NCBI GenBank assembly: GCA_030141605.1
Contig: JAQGDQ010002383.1
Location: forward strand, 298,418 to 362,417
Source of the DNA: Tubiluchus corallicola
Lineage: Eukaryota > Animalia > Priapulida
DNA: 64,000 nt
Direction: 5' to 3'
Made by a program: the position numbers and the translations under genes. A model generated the notes under the pieces. That model saw nothing but the letters and a program-made list of their open reading frames with translations. It made no database searches and was not told where the DNA came from. This document shows, piece by piece, positions 42,301 through 57,200 of the stretch (position 1 is the first letter of the stretch; each line of letters opens with the position of its first letter).

Positions 42301-42589
42301 GTAATACATATTTATGGTAAAGTTTTTTCGTGTTAGGCTGCTTTAAAAAAATTTCTTATTGACAAATAAGAGAAATGCTCACCTACTATGCAAGCAATTA
42401 TTTAAGTCTTGCTAAAATTAATAAATGATCATGGCAGCAATTTATCGTTAAAAAAATTAACATTGTTAATACTAAATTACTAGCAAAATGAGCTTAACCA
42501 AGCCTAGCCCTAGGTGTCTGATATGAGAGTCGTCGTAAATACGCTGTCAACGCGTTGCCAAACGATCGGTTTTCCTGTTGAAGATATCC

Positions 42590-43320
42590 CGTTGTGGGAT
42601 GTGTGAAAAAGTGGGATGCATCGTGAGGGATATTTTAAATTTGAGTGATATAAACAAAATTGGTAGGTTTGCAATACAGATAAGGCTGAACCTCTTACAG
42701 TCAGTTATGATACTAGTGATTTATAATACAGAAACATGGAGTGAAGTAACAAAAGTAGAAATGGGTAGGATGGAAGAAATTCAGAAGGATATGTTACAAA
42801 AACTAGTAATTTATCACAGAAGGTGTCAACTAGTTATAGGGGTATGCTAATAGAACAGTGTACATAAGTATATACTGTAGGTATACACTTTGGGCATATT
42901 AAGACTCTTAAAAAGTTAACCTGGAAGAAACATGTAAAAGAAAACGTAAAAAAATTATTAAAATTACTGCACATCACCAGATATACTCAAGAACTAAGTT
43001 AAGGTTTTTATCTTATGAGCTGAGCACGATAAACCCAAGCAGTATATAACTGAGTTAACACTAGAACAGACAAAAAGGGTTTTAGAGATAAAGCTTAATA
43101 TGCTACCACTAAAATGTAATTATAGAAGTAAGTTTAAAGGAGATATATGGTGTCCGCTATATGGTAAAGACAGGATCTATTTAGATTGTTATAAGAAATG
43201 TGCTACCAACTACAGAAGTAAATTTCCAAAGTCTGATTGAGTCAGAAGATGCACAAATAGCAAAGCAGTAGGTGGAATTTGTTCAAATAGCAATGGAAAC
43301 AAGAAAAAGAAGAGGTGTCG
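42590..43320 (+). mobile_element. Degraded LINE fragment (also ~56980-57700)
   Basis: IRLNLLQSVMI.VIYNTETWS..MEEIQKDMLQKL resembles the region C-terminal to a LINE RT; many stops. Confidence 0.55.
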
Positions 43321-43609
43321 TGCTGGAAATTTAGCTACAATAATAATAGTCATAAATGGTTGATTAGCATCAATGCTGATTACGTTACTTGTGTCTTGCG
43401 CGGTAACATTCCTTTGTGCCTATCTAACCAGATAGAGTTAACACCGAGGAAACAACGAAACAACATGTGCTTACTGGAGAACCGCAACTGCCGCGACATG
43501 ACATAGAGGAAGTTGAGGAACTGCAAGATGTAAAATGTACAACAGTCGTCGTATAGAAAAATATAATCTTAAAGTGAACAATACAAAGACCAAAGAATAC
43601 GTTATACCC

Positions 43610-44430
43610 ACTGCTAATTTAAACATCAACAATTCTTCCTAAATATCTTTTAATGACACAGATAAAGTCAAGGAATACATTATTTAAAAATGTGTATAGT
43701 TACCAGTCTCATGAAGAAGTGAAACAGCTTTGTACAAAAATGGGCAAATTTTCCAGGATTTCAAACATGTGGTGTAGATGAAATTGATAAAATGCATCTG
43801 AATTGCATATTAAAAGAATTTTGTAATAAACTTAAATCAATGTACAGAAAACTATTTTTTACAAAGCTACATAATGATCCTAGACACAGTGATGGCAAAA
43901 ACAAACTAAGATTTTATAGATATGTAAAAATCAATAATGAATTAGAAGATTATTTCAAAATTATTTCTAATGAGAAACAGCGACAAATGATTACGAAATT
44001 ACATAACAGCGAATATGACCTGGAAATAGAACGATTTAGATATCAAAATAAAAAAGGGCATGAAAGGCTTTGTCAATACTGTCACAACAATAGCTCAAAA
44101 TTAGTAGAAAACAAATTATATTACCTTTTTACTTGTCTTTTGTATAAAGATATTAGACAAAAATATGAGCATAAATATATCTTTGCAAAAAGGTAACATA
44201 TACTCAGTAATGTGGTTTTTTTCTAATTGCAAACCCAGAAGACCTTATTCACTTTGGAAACTGCTTAAATGAATGTGATAAAAAAGGCAGTTATATCTTG
44301 GTGGTAATCTGTGAGTGCTGGATAAACCTTGTGCTGTGATTGTGTAATTTAATCTCGTTTGTGATTATATTAATTATTTAGGTTTTGTGTTTTTACTACT
44401 ACTTTGTAGTTGTAGCATAAAGTTTTATTT
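43610..44430 (+). mobile_element. 3' fragment of a LINE with a C-terminal Cys-rich motif (also ~58000-58820)
   Basis: ORF 43792-44196: NKLRFYR..ITKL..LEIE..RY..ERLCQYC..VEN..YLFTC..Y..IR; interrupts the older RTE-like relic. Confidence 0.65.
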
Positions 44431-45214
44431 CGTAAGAGCACATAATTTCTTATTAGATTTAAGTAAGTTGTACAAACTCGTGGTTTTGCAATGTTGCATA
44501 ATTGCATCTGTATTTGTTGTTTTTCGTGTTTCTTGTACTTTGACTTTTTTGCAATTGTAATTTTTTGCCATGATACGCTATTGTATTTGTGCAATAGAAC
44601 AAAATTGAAATTGAAGATGCGGTAATGATTCGTGGAAAAGATGTAAATAACTTGGTAACTTGTAAGACACCGATGCCCACATACAAAGAAGGAAAATTCT
44701 TAAATTGTCTGCTTATTCACATATCTCAATGATTTTTGATAACAATAGACTTTCTCTTGAAACCAGAGTCCGGATTCTTTCAACTTTAGTTGAATCTGTG
44801 TTTTTGTACACTGCTGAGCTATGGACAATAAAAGTTAAGCAACAGAAGGACAGTTGATGCTTTTCGAAGACGTCTCTATAGGAAATTACTCGCAATTAAA
44901 TCGCCTGATAGAATATCCAATGATGATCTGTATAATGCAGTCAAGAAGATTCCTGGTAGTAGACAAATACAAGTAAGAAAATTGCTTTGGATTGGGCACA
45001 CACTAACAGTAAGATTACCTCCTCTTCCTATGGTATTGCATAAAGCTCTTGAAACGACAAAAAACCAAGAGGCTGTCAACTAGGCTGACGTATTTAGGTT
45101 TTTGGTACAGATTTATGATCTAACATGTACATTAGGCAATTTGATACAGACATCATACTATATTCAAAATTTGTAGCTGCATATTTGCCATTAGTTTCTA
45201 CTCAACAGACCAAG

Positions 45215-48200
45215 ATGACAAGTTTAAATAAGGGATGCACTTTGCCTTTATATGTGGTGGATGCTTTCACAAGCCAGGCATTTGCTGGAAATGCTGCTGC
45301 TGTATGTCTAGTGTCACACAATCAGGTAAATTAATGATGATCTGTCATTAACAAACTTTTCGTCTTAATTTGTTTTCAGCTATTTTTATTGCACTGTTCT
45401 TCACTGCAAATAACTTGTGGTCCTGTAGCACAAACTCAGTCAATGTATGTGTCTTAATCGCACTCTTATTTATGTAAAGATATGAGTTTTTAACTACTAA
45501 CTGATAATGTTTTTGTTATTTATTTATGTGATTAACTCAATGAATTAACTGTGTTACAATAAATAAATCATTATATTATAATATTTAAATCGCAGGCTTG
45601 CATAATAAAAATCACTGGTTTATTTTTAGAAATATTGAAACAAATTTAACAAGTTAGTTGAAAACAAAAGTGTCCATTTAGTCACAGCTGAAATCAATTT
45701 GTAATCAATTAAACTTATAACATCAGTCATAATAATGTCAGGATAATGGTGACTGTGCCTTTAAGTTATGTTTGTATTTGGATCTATTATAATAGTAGGT
45801 GTTTTTCATGAAGATTTAGTATAATTTTAAGTGACAATTACAATGAGTATCAATGCAGAAAATGCATTTTGTTGTTGTTGTTGTTGTTGTTTCCGTTTCT
45901 ACGGAGGCTTTGTAGTTTCTTTCTGCAATTCGAATAGATATTCTGAGTATTATTTGAACTGTACAAAACAGGAGATATGTTATATGTTCAAAATCTATTC
46001 CAAACAGTCCGAAGGCTGTGTTGTTTTTATTAGTTGAATTGTGGTGTAATCTGCATTTCTTGGGTTATATTATTAAATGGCTGTAGACATTGTGATGTAT
46101 ATAGTCATTCGGTTATTCTATTTTAGGTAATCGACGATGCAAAAATGCAAAAAATTGCTTTCGAAATGAACTTGTCGGAAACCTGTTTCATTGCACTGCC
46201 AACAGAAAACGATTCGTTCAAGAATTCTTCCCGGTTTGGCCTGCGATGGTTTACCCCTGCCTGTGAAATCCAACTGTGTGGTCATGCCACTCTTGCTGCT
46301 GCCACGGTGCTTTTCTCTTGTGTTGGTAAGTTTGCTAAGCAGGACAGAAATGTAAATCTAGAAGCTGAACCTGAGTCAGTGCTACTACATCAGCTGACAC
46401 TCACAGTAAATCAGCCAGCTGGAGTTCACCATTAAGAATGACAGATTTTGATTCTTATGTCCTGCAGCAACAATTTAGCGTTAGTTTGAATAGTTTTATT
46501 TGTGAACTGGCTTAAGTGATTCGACAGCACACCCCTTTATATGCCATATATCTCTCTATATCTCTCATATTTTATGTACTCACAATGTTAAAAAAAATCT
46601 CCTGGCTTATAATCTGGCAACTCTAGCAATGGATTTATTGCAAATATAATTTAAATCCAACCCTTGGCAAGGCTTATCTGGATTACCAACAAATCAATAC
46701 TAAAATACCAAAATGATCCAATACGTGTGGCTAATGTTGCCTATTTGTGCATTTTATTTAATTTTGAATTGACTGCTTTCTCATTCAAATATTTCTGAAG
46801 TTTAGTATCTCTGCCAGCACACGTACAATATGACCGCATTGCGACCAGTGATTTCATCATCATCATAAGCCCGTTATGTCAATTGTAGACATTGGGCAGG
46901 CAGAACTCTAAAATAAAAGAAATCTGCCCTCAAAACAGGTAAACACAGCAGTAATCTAGCAAAAAAACTGGACACTGCTATGCCAGTGACTTGTTCGCAA
47001 GAGCAAAAATCTTCACAGCTGGCAAAAATGTCAGCTACCTCGACTTCCGTCACCGAGCGGCTGGCACGACTAAAGCTGGGTTTCTTATCTGCTAGGTCGC
47101 CTGTAGAAATAAACCGACTGGAGCTGAGCTGAAGCGGTATGGCTCTGGCTTCTATGTCGATCCCTTAAGTATTTTTCACGTTGTCTTGAAAATCAGGGAG
47201 TTTTTATTTGCCAACCTAATACCAAACGAATTCACTGTGAATTTATTTGTGTGCTAATGCGTTTACTTCAAATAAGCTTCCATGCAGTTTTGCTTTTTTT
47301 CTTCTATTGTTTTTTTAGATTGTGTGCCTTTTTTGCATTTTAGGACTTAAAGCATTCCGCTGTTTTCAGTTCTCATCATATTTGGCATTTTCTTAGGAGA
47401 CTGTCAGCTTTCCCTTCTTTTCATCTGCACTTTAAAAAATTGGAAAAGGAAAATAGTGCCTGTTAACCATATTCTAAACCATATTCTATTCCAATAATGA
47501 AATTACAATTAGGCATTGCAATATTTGATTGTATTGCTAATCCACTAATGCTACGATTAGGCTCTAAATATTTGTGAAATTGATAATCATTATGATAGGG
47601 GGGTCTGAAATTAAAAGGCAGCTAGTGAATATATCTACAGCTATGTAAATTATTACAGGTAACGAATTTACAGAGATTACATTTGATACGCTAAGTGGAC
47701 CACTTGTTGCCAGAAAAAAAGAGGACAATTTTATTCTGCTAGATTTTCCTGCTAATCCAACTATTAGTGTTAACAAGGAAAATGTTAAAGATCTTTTAAA
47801 GGTACCTACTGTTTTGAATGACCTGTAAAACAAGTTTGCCTGGGTTTTTGTTGTAAGTAATTTTATCATTGAAGCTTTTAGCAGGTAGGTGGTTGACAGT
47901 TTGGAAGACATTCTGACGCCTTGGTATATTTATGTATTTTAGGAAATTTCCGGCGTTACTTGTTTTAACTGTGTGTGCTGGCCATGTTTTTCAAATGTAT
48001 CATATGGGCTGTTTTTTTTTGGCCAATAGCTAAATTGCATCTTTGCACAGACTTTTTTGAAGGCATATTACTTAGTATTATCTTACTTGTATTACTTAGT
48101 ATTACGCTTTCTTGCCTGCAATACTCATGTAAATAGAAAAGACACATTTTCTAGCTTTATGTAAGTAAAGGGCTTTCTTGCCTTTTATGACAATTTTTTG

Positions 48201-51200
48201 GTGTTTTAATTAATCCTATTCAGTTTTCGAATTTGCCTGAAGAGGGGAGACAGCATGAGAGGAACATGGAAACTATTCAAAGGTGGGATGGGGGTGGGGG
48301 GGTGGGGGGTTACAGTAATGGTGGCAGTGAAGCACTTGCTGTTACTTTAATGTTTCTTTTTACTGGCTGTTACACACACGTGCATGCACGCACGCGCACA
48401 CACACACCCACACACACGCACTGTTACATAATATAGTAAAATATATCATATCACTCTTTTCGGTGATTCTAGATTGCATAGCACTCCTACAATAGGACTA
48501 GTTGAAGTTTAGCAAACAACTATCACAATTACTAACCTGACATTCTGTGCATTAAATTTAGAAATCCACAGATTAAAGATACGAGACAATGCCGCTATGA
48601 TAAAACTAAGGGTGCATTCAGACTAGCGAGTTTTCTGTTGGGAGTTTTTCTCTAACACCAAACTTGCAAGTGTGAACTGCTTTGCGAGTTACTATCGACA
48701 AGTCATTGCACACTTTCAGACAGTTGCTACGAAATGATTTCCTGTTTAGTGTGAACAGTCTCAGCGAGTTACTCTTGACACGGCTCCCAGTGAATAGAGG
48801 AGGAGTATCAGCTGGTGCTTACTTCATGTTGGAGAATTTTGTTCTTTAGTCTGAACGTGCTTGCGAGTTACTTGGCGAGAAAATTTGTTAGTATGAATGC
48901 TTCATTACTCTCAAAAGCAGTGCGACAAAATATCAACATTCTTGCAACAGTCAAGTCATCTAAATTCTTCTTTGTAAAAAGTATTTTGGTCCGAACTTTA
49001 ATACACTGTAGAATCTTATGTGAATGTTTTTTATAATACAGGTACTTGTTGGAGATTTACCTATTGTTGATGTGGAGTATGCTCCTGTTATACAACAAAT
49101 GATTGTGTGTCTTCAAGATTCTGTGTCCAGGTGTGCATGTTGATAATTTTTTATTTGGTTTGTCGTGTGTCATTCGTTTTGCACTTTTCATTAGCTTTCA
49201 TGTTATTATACATACTATAAAATTGCTGCAAATTGTACAAATCTGCAATTAATCTCTATTTCTATGAAGTGTGTTTGTGTATGTTTGTTTATTTGTTTGC
49301 TATAAAGTCCTGTTTTACTTATTTAACTTCAAATTTGGTCTATTAAGTTGCTAATACATCACACTCCCCATTGAATTATGGGATATGTACAGTTATGTGT
49401 AGAAATCAATTAACAAAAGCTGAAGACAGTCTACTTTTTAACTTTTGGCAGGAGCTCTACTTACATGAAAAAGAATTTAAAATACACTATGTTTCAGTCC
49501 ATTGTTGGGTTCAAATTCTGATTGGATGAAAATTTTTCATTGTCTCATTCTTCATTCATTAGTCATTGATGTTATTATTGTTGTAAGTATAAGGCTTCAT
49601 GTGTGTGTGTGTTTTACCTTCAGGTAAAAGGAAAAAGTTATGTGAGTAGCAAGTACATGTTTGCTGCATGTCTGGTGCTCTTAGCATTGTGCTAAAATGT
49701 GTTATTTTTAGTCTACTTCTTTTGTAATCTTTGCTGTGCTGCTTGTGGTTGTATTGTACAGTGTCCAGAAAGGTAATCCCCCACTTTGCCAGTTATCTTT
49801 TTGCCAGTCTACTTTTTCACCAGTCTACTTTTTTGCTAGTCTACTTTTTTGCCAGTCTACTTTTTCGCTAGTCTATTTTTTGCCAGTTTTCTTTTTCGCC
49901 ATTCCACTTTTTCACCTCTCCACTTTTTCGCCAGTCTTCTTTTTTGCTAGTCTATTTTTTGCCAGTTTTATTTTTCGCCATTCCACTTTTTCGCCAGTCT
50001 TCTTTTTTGCCAGTTTTCTTTTTCGCCAGTCTTCTTTTTCGCCAGTCTTCTTTTTCGCCAGTCTATTTTTTGCCAGTCTACTTTTTCGCCAGTCTACTTT
50101 TTCGCCAGTTTTCTTTTTCGCCGGTCCACTTTTTTGCCAGTCTTCTTTTTTGCCAGTTTTCTTTTTCGCCAGTCTTCTTTTTCGCCAGTCTTCTTTTTCG
50201 CCAGTCTATTTTTTGCCAGTCTACTTTTTCGCCAGTCTACTTTTTCGCCAGTTTTCTTTTTCGCCGGTCCACTTTTTTGCCGGTCCACTTTTTCCCCGGT
50301 CCACTTTTTCCCCGGTCCACTTTTTCGCCAGTCTTCTTTTTGCCGGTTTTCTTTTTCGCCGATTTTCTTTTTCGCCAGTCTTCTTTTTCGCCAGTCTACT
50401 TTTTCGCCATTCTACTTTTTTGCCAGTTTTCTTTTTTGCCAGTCTTCTTTTTTGCCGGTCCACTTTTTTGCCAGTCCACTTCGTTAGGTTAATAATGATT
50501 AACAATGAAGACTTGACGCTTTAAATGCTTTGTGAACGGAAGATATAAATCCTACAGAGCGTGCCATATATCACTGGATTTGCACTGAAATGATGAATCT
50601 GATGCACTGTGCCAAAATCGCGAGTCCAATCGAAAATTTAACATTCAGAATCTGCTGTTATTTTCATTCTGAGATGTTTAGTTTCCGAGATATGCACCTT
50701 TTTGGAATAACTTAAAAATATACATAGCTAGTCCACCAAATTTAGTATGCTTGTAGTTAGGGTAGAGGGCCACCTCAGGTTGTGACCCTGTGACCCTCCT
50801 GAGTTATAACCCAAAAATCATCAAAAGAGGTCTATTTTTGAGAAATAGTTACTCCTGCAGGAAGCGCCATCTATTCAAACGAAAAAAAACATGAAAGTAC
50901 TATGCCTTGGCTATCAGTAACTTGCTTAGCTTTGTCGAACACTGAACCATTGCCCTTTTACAATGCCACAAACATGCCATTGTCTGTATAATGCTTAATA
51001 TACTTAACATATACGACAGTTGCAAAGATTAGTATCTTCAATACTAATGAATAAAAGTATCATCACCATGTTCGAATGCATATACATTGTACGTTCTTTG
51101 TCACTCAGGTTAATAGTGAGTGGGGGCAACCGGCAACCAGTTTTTTAAATGACTATCAATTCATTTAGTGAGCAGGTCCCATGTTGCTTAATTTTGCAGC

Positions 51201-54200
51201 TAATGACACACTGTGAGCAACAAGCTAATTCTGTCATTCATGATGAAGCAATAAAGATACATTTATTTTCAGGGAGATGTTGGAGGCAAGAGCACCGGAT
51301 AGTTTTGCTCTTCCTGCAGCTAACACGTCCCAGATGAAACTGCACGGTGTCCACTTGACGGTTAAAGCTCCGGCCGACTCCGGCTACGACTTTTATTCCC
51401 GCTGTTTTTTTCCCTGGGATGGACTGCTTGAAGATCCAGTTTGTGGTAAACAATGTGCATTGTTTATGTAAGAATGAATGGACATACTATTTAAATATAT
51501 GAATTAATTATAATTATCTTTGCTTTAAAGTAAAGCTAAACAAAAGAAATTATGTTTATTATTCAACCGTCAGTTGCTACCACACCAGCTGACTCACACA
51601 GTAAATTAGCTAGCTGAGTAAAAAGTTAAAAAGAGCTTCTGGGGAATGTTCTCGATGTGCTCCATTTTGCAGTGTCTATGTTTGCCAGTAAGTGGCGTAT
51701 CTACTGGTGTTCTTTTGTAACCGGGGCGAAAGACACAGGCAAGGTTTGGAGTGGAAAACAGATAGAGTATCGGCAGTGGGACTGATACAGGAAAGTTGTA
51801 GGGTGTGAAGAGAACCACCTAAACTGCAAGGGTGCCCAAATCAATACCAAAACACTAAAATGATCCCACACGTGTGTCTAACGTTGCATATTTGTGTGTT
51901 TAATTTTGAATTGACTGCTTTCTCATTAAAAAATTTTTCAAAGTTAGTATCTCTGCCAGCACACGCACACAGTATGACCACGAATCCATACTGCATTTGC
52001 CATATTTCACCCAGTGATTTCGTCATCATCACATGCCCGTTATGTCAGTTGTAGACATTGCGTAGGCAGAACTCTAAAATAAAAGAAATCTACCCTCAAG
52101 ACAGGTAAACACAGCAGTAATCCAGCAAAAACTAGACACTGCTATGGCAGTGGCTTGTTCGCAAGAGCTAAAATCTTCGCAGCTGGCAAAAATGTCGGCT
52201 GGCTCCACTTCCATCTCTGAGCAGCTGGCGCGACTAAAGCTGCGTTTCTTATCGGCTAGGTCGACTGTAGAAGTGAATTGCCTGGAGTTCAGCTGAAACG
52301 ACATGGCTCTGGCCTCTAGTTTTAAGATGAAGATTAGTTTTAGTTTTGTTCTGTTTTAGTCTTACATTTTCTGTCTTAAGTCTGACTGAAAATCACTATG
52401 TCACTGAAGGAGTTGCCAGTTTTATGGTTTTTCTGTTCTAGTGCAGAAGGACTAATGTGGTAATAGTTCCAGTGAATAAAGTATACATTGTAGGCCTGAT
52501 TTTCAAAAACATGAAATGTTTTTTTCAAAAACATGAAAAGCCTATCTTAATTCATTATGTTTGCATGTTTAAAGTTTGCAATGTTTGATGCCAGTAATCT
52601 TCAACTAATTTCTGACTATGTTAGGGTCGGCTCACACTGTATTTGGTTGTTACTGGCAAAAAGTGCTGGGAAAATCAACTTTTCAAGGTAGGATAATTTG
52701 GTGCTTTATGACGTTTATTGTAATTTAACTTATGATGCTTATTCGTTTATGATCTGATTTTGTGTGTTTTTCAGTATGTCAGTAGATCTCAATTTAAATT
52801 CTGTGCAAGATTATTACCATGCTGACAAAGAGCGATATAGGTTCGATTTACTTAATATTGTGCAGCACACTGTAATTCAATGTGTGTAAAGTCCTCGAAA
52901 GGTTAAAAAATGAAAATTTCCAGCCATTGTAAATAACTGTATCTTAATTGACACAATTTTTCACAAAAAATTACAGAATGCTAGAAAATATAATTGTTAT
53001 TTTGAACAATATATATTTTTAGTGGCCAGTCACAAAGTATAATTACTGCCCTGCAATACCATATCACATAGACTTGTGCAGCATATGTTACCGGAACAGT
53101 ATCTTGCTTAACCCTTTTACCGCCTCCATGATGTACTATTATGTCTATTTTTTGAACTGGCTTATGCCTATTTGACATACATATTTATCATTAATATCTA
53201 GCACTCCATTTAAACTCTGGCGAAGTGTATTATCGCTTAGTCTAGTACGTTTAGACAGCTAGCAGGGCCCAGCACAGCTCCAGGAATATGTGTGAACTGA
53301 GTTTGACCTTATTTCCTTGGCTACATAGCACATCTGCTATGTACATATATGTCTTCGACTGTGAGTTCTGCATCATTTGAAATTTGCTGTTTTTGCACAT
53401 TTGTATTATTATTAATAATAATCTTTTATTCGTATAAAAATTTTTATACAGCAATGTAGTTTTAGTATAAATAATTAATACAATGAAAAATAATTTTTGT
53501 TAGTAATTAAAAAACAAGAGATTTAGAGATTTTAAGACAATTTTCAGCAAAAAGTTTAAAGATTTGATAGTTTTGTAGGTTTTAATGCATATGCACACTC
53601 TCTTACTTATTTTCCAGACGATGGACCTATATATATATGTTCTAAACATTCTTGGTAGATATATAAAAATGATCTGTAAAGGGATTATTATTCTTGTACA
53701 CAATTCTACGTGATTTTAGGGCTTTTGGTTTTTGCATGTATTTTACTTTTGATAAATGTATACCAAAACAAATATGTTATTAATTGTGACTTGCACAAGT
53801 TGATTTTCGGGCTGAATTTAGGTGCTGAAGCTGTTTCACTTGCATGACATTATAATTTTGCTTTGGAGGTTCATTTATTGATCTAAATTCAGTTTCATGT
53901 GCAGTTTCATATCACCATATTGCCTCATTTGCAAATAAATATAAAACATAAACAAGTAAGTAAATATATAGGCCTAATAAATTTCCGTGAATGAATGTAA
54001 TGATTGATTGAATGAATGAATGAATGAATAGGTGGGTGCATCATTGATTTTTATTTCGCTTGTTGAAATCATCTCTTTGTTTCTTATGAACAATACCAAA
54101 GTAAAGTTGCAAAGTTGTTATTTTGTCATGTGCTTTGTGCGTTTTTGTAGCTCGTCAGTGCTCAAAAAGAGGAGGAGATGTCTACGTGAATGTACGAGAA

Positions 54201-54263
54201 GACAAAAGAGTCGAGATTGGAGGCAAGTCTGTAGTCATTATAGAAGGAAAGATCCATTTGTAG
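45215..54263 (+). CDS. PBLD: PhzF/PBLD-like protein, copy 2, 296 aa
   Basis: Exons 45215-45325, 46127-46325, 47659-47801, 49042-49130, 51273-51445, 52625-52687, 54151-54263; intact EMNLSET, LCGHATLA and EDPVCGSAH. Confidence 0.93.
49782..50482. repeat. 15-16-bp minisatellite (GCCAGTCTWCTTTTTTC variants) in intron 4 of copy 2
   Basis: Direct reading of roughly 45 variant units; explains the low-complexity ORFs at 49736-50524. Confidence 0.95.
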
Positions 54264-57200
54264 TCTAAATCATGGAATCGTACTTAATCTGATTGCTTTA
54301 TCACAGTGTTGCCATTCTGGTTGATAAAGATTATTGTTTTGGAGGCTAAAAATTATAGTATTTTCCACCATATTATCGCATTTTCATGCAAAATTCAAAA
54401 TTACTGTGTATTTGCAGCAAATTATTATTATCATTGTATAATTATGCATTTAATAAGTAACCATAACACCAAAAAGTACCATTAGCAAGTGTAAAATTAA
54501 GTTTATCAAAACACAATAGAATGTTGCTAATTCCTGCATGTGCAGAACGAAGCCTGATCGTTGTCATCATGGCCATTTGACAACTATGAATGGCCCCTTT
54601 AAACTGATTAACTGTAACTGCTTCCCTTTGAGGTAAACCATTCCACAGATCCTATGACTGATAAAAAATTTCGTAATATAAAATTTATTCTTTAATTTTT
54701 ACCGTTTGTTAAACTACTCTCTTTTGAAATTACTGCTGTTTTCTGAAAACTGTTACCACTAATTTGCAACCAGCATGGTTTGAACTACAACAAAATCAAA
54801 ATTTATTTACATTTCCACGGTAAGCAGTAATGTATTTTCATATCTAAATTATCCTGTAATTATCTGTTATCATACAGTCTGTTTTTTTGTATGGTATGAA
54901 GCATCAAATTATCGTATATTCGAATAAATTTCATATAAAAAGCAACCCTGTTTATCATTTTCATGTCAGGTAAGTGCTAGAAAATAGAACGAAGGTAGAC
55001 TGTAGCAGTGTGTAGTTAATATAAAAAAGAGTTCCTTTAAGGGAAAATAGAATGGTGTATAATGTTCTCTTATGATCAGTGATTATTTTATCATTTTTAT
55101 GTTTTTATTTAGAAATGCTCCTTTTAAGGGAAAATTAAAATAAGCTTTTAGCATGTAATGGACTGAGTGGAATTCTGAAATAGTGTTGTTCCCTATAATA
55201 ATTTTACAATTTTAGTCAAAGGATTATGTGCAGTTTTAATAGAAATATTATTTTATGTTCTATGCACTAAGTGGGATGGACGTTTTTGTTGTTGTTGATA
55301 TACACTATCTTTTCTCTATATACCAGCTAGAACTACACCACTATTGTTATGCATTTGGGAAGTTTTACTTATGGACCAAAGTTGACCTTGCCTTTTTTGC
55401 CCATTTCTGAAGTTAATTATTGTAGGTTTTATATTTTAGAATTTAAATGTGCCACATTGTTCCTTTATTAGGGTAGAGGATTGAGTAATATTTTATCAAT
55501 TGTGCCAAATAAATTATCTTGTTCTCGCTTAAAGCGGCTTAGGACTATAATAATGGTGGTTATATGCGCCATGCAGTTTCTATATTTGAATGAAAATACA
55601 GCATTATTTTGTTAATTGTGCCAAATGAGTTAATACGTTTCTGCTTAAAGTGGATTATCAAGTTACTGCTGTGTTATTTGATTACAGTAATTTTTGTGGC
55701 TTTATAAATCGTGGACCAAGTCCACATTAAGATGAAATTATATTTTTTGTAAACAGGATGAAACAGGATAGGAAATAAGTTAACAGGTTTCTGCTTAAAG
55801 CAGATTACCAAGTTACAGATGCACTAAGCTATACTTTTTGATTACAGTCATATTTATAGCTGTATAAATCGTGGATTGAATAATTAAAATGAAATTATTT
55901 TCGTTTCTTTAATGAGATTATTCTTGTTTATTTAAACTTTAACTATGTTTCTGTGTTACAATAAATGAACTCAAAGCAGAAAATGCAGTTCCTTATATGT
56001 TTAAATTCCTGGCAAGAATAAGGGGGCATTTTATAGTACAATTCTAATGTTGTATATGTTAGATATCATGAAGCAATATCAATTTATCAGAATAGCTCAT
56101 TGCCACACACTTAAGATTTCTGGAAGTCAGTGATCAAAAGTTATATTACTGCATATTTTATTTAATAAAAACTTTAATTTGCAAACAATATGCAGCCAGT
56201 AATATGCTAGAATCTTGCTTGTTTCTCTTGTCACATCAAACTCGCATGTACACAATCTCTAAGAACACTTAAATTGTTGCATGAGGTCTGTCTCAACAGT
56301 AAGAACAGCTACATGTGGGAGTTTTCTATATAATAGCTTACAATAACTGTACGATAAAATGATTTACTATTACCAGTTGACAGAGTACCACAATGTATAG
56401 AAATGAACAAGTGAACTCATAAGATATCATACTAAGTGCAGGTGATGCTACTCATTGTATAATAAATAAAAATTGGAAAAAGTCAAAAAGTTGATAAATC
56501 TTGTTGCTGTCTCATTTGATGTGACTTATCAAATGCACTTTCACTGTTTCCTTCATGCACTTTACTTAATCACAGCCTCTTTTTGTTGTTAGCTGATGTT
56601 ATTTTTCCGTAATTTGTTGTGATTTTTGTTATACAGTCATGCAATTTGTTTTGTTTTTTTACAGAAGAAGTGGTAGTTTGTTAACATTCTACTTTATTTA
56701 ATCTCATTTTAGGTGTCTGTTTATGTGCATAATACATATTTATGGTAAAGTTTTTTCGTATTAGGCTGCTTATTGACAAATAAGAGAAATGCTCACCTAC
56801 TATGCAAGCAATTATTTAAGTCTTGCTAAAATTAATAAATGAACAATCACAGCAATTTATCGTTAAAAAAATTAACATTGTTAATACTTTTGTGGTGTGT
56901 GGTGTCTGATATGAGAGTCGTCGTAAATACGCTGTCAACGCGTTGCCAAACGATCGGTTTTCCTGTTGAAGATATCCCGTTGTGGGATGTGTGAAAAAGT
57001 GGGATGCATCGTGAGGGATATTTTAAATTTGAGTGATATAAACAAAATTGGTAGGTTTGCAATACAGATAAGGCTGAACCTCTTACAGTCAGTTATGATA
57101 CCAGTGATTTATAATACAGAAACATGGAGTGAAGTAACAAAAGTAGAAATGGGTAGGATGGAAGAAATTCAGAAGGATATGTTACAAAAACTAGTATTAT

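Noticed and set aside
49736-50524. Phe-rich and Lys-rich ORFs
   Set aside because: Artefacts of the 15-16-bp minisatellite.
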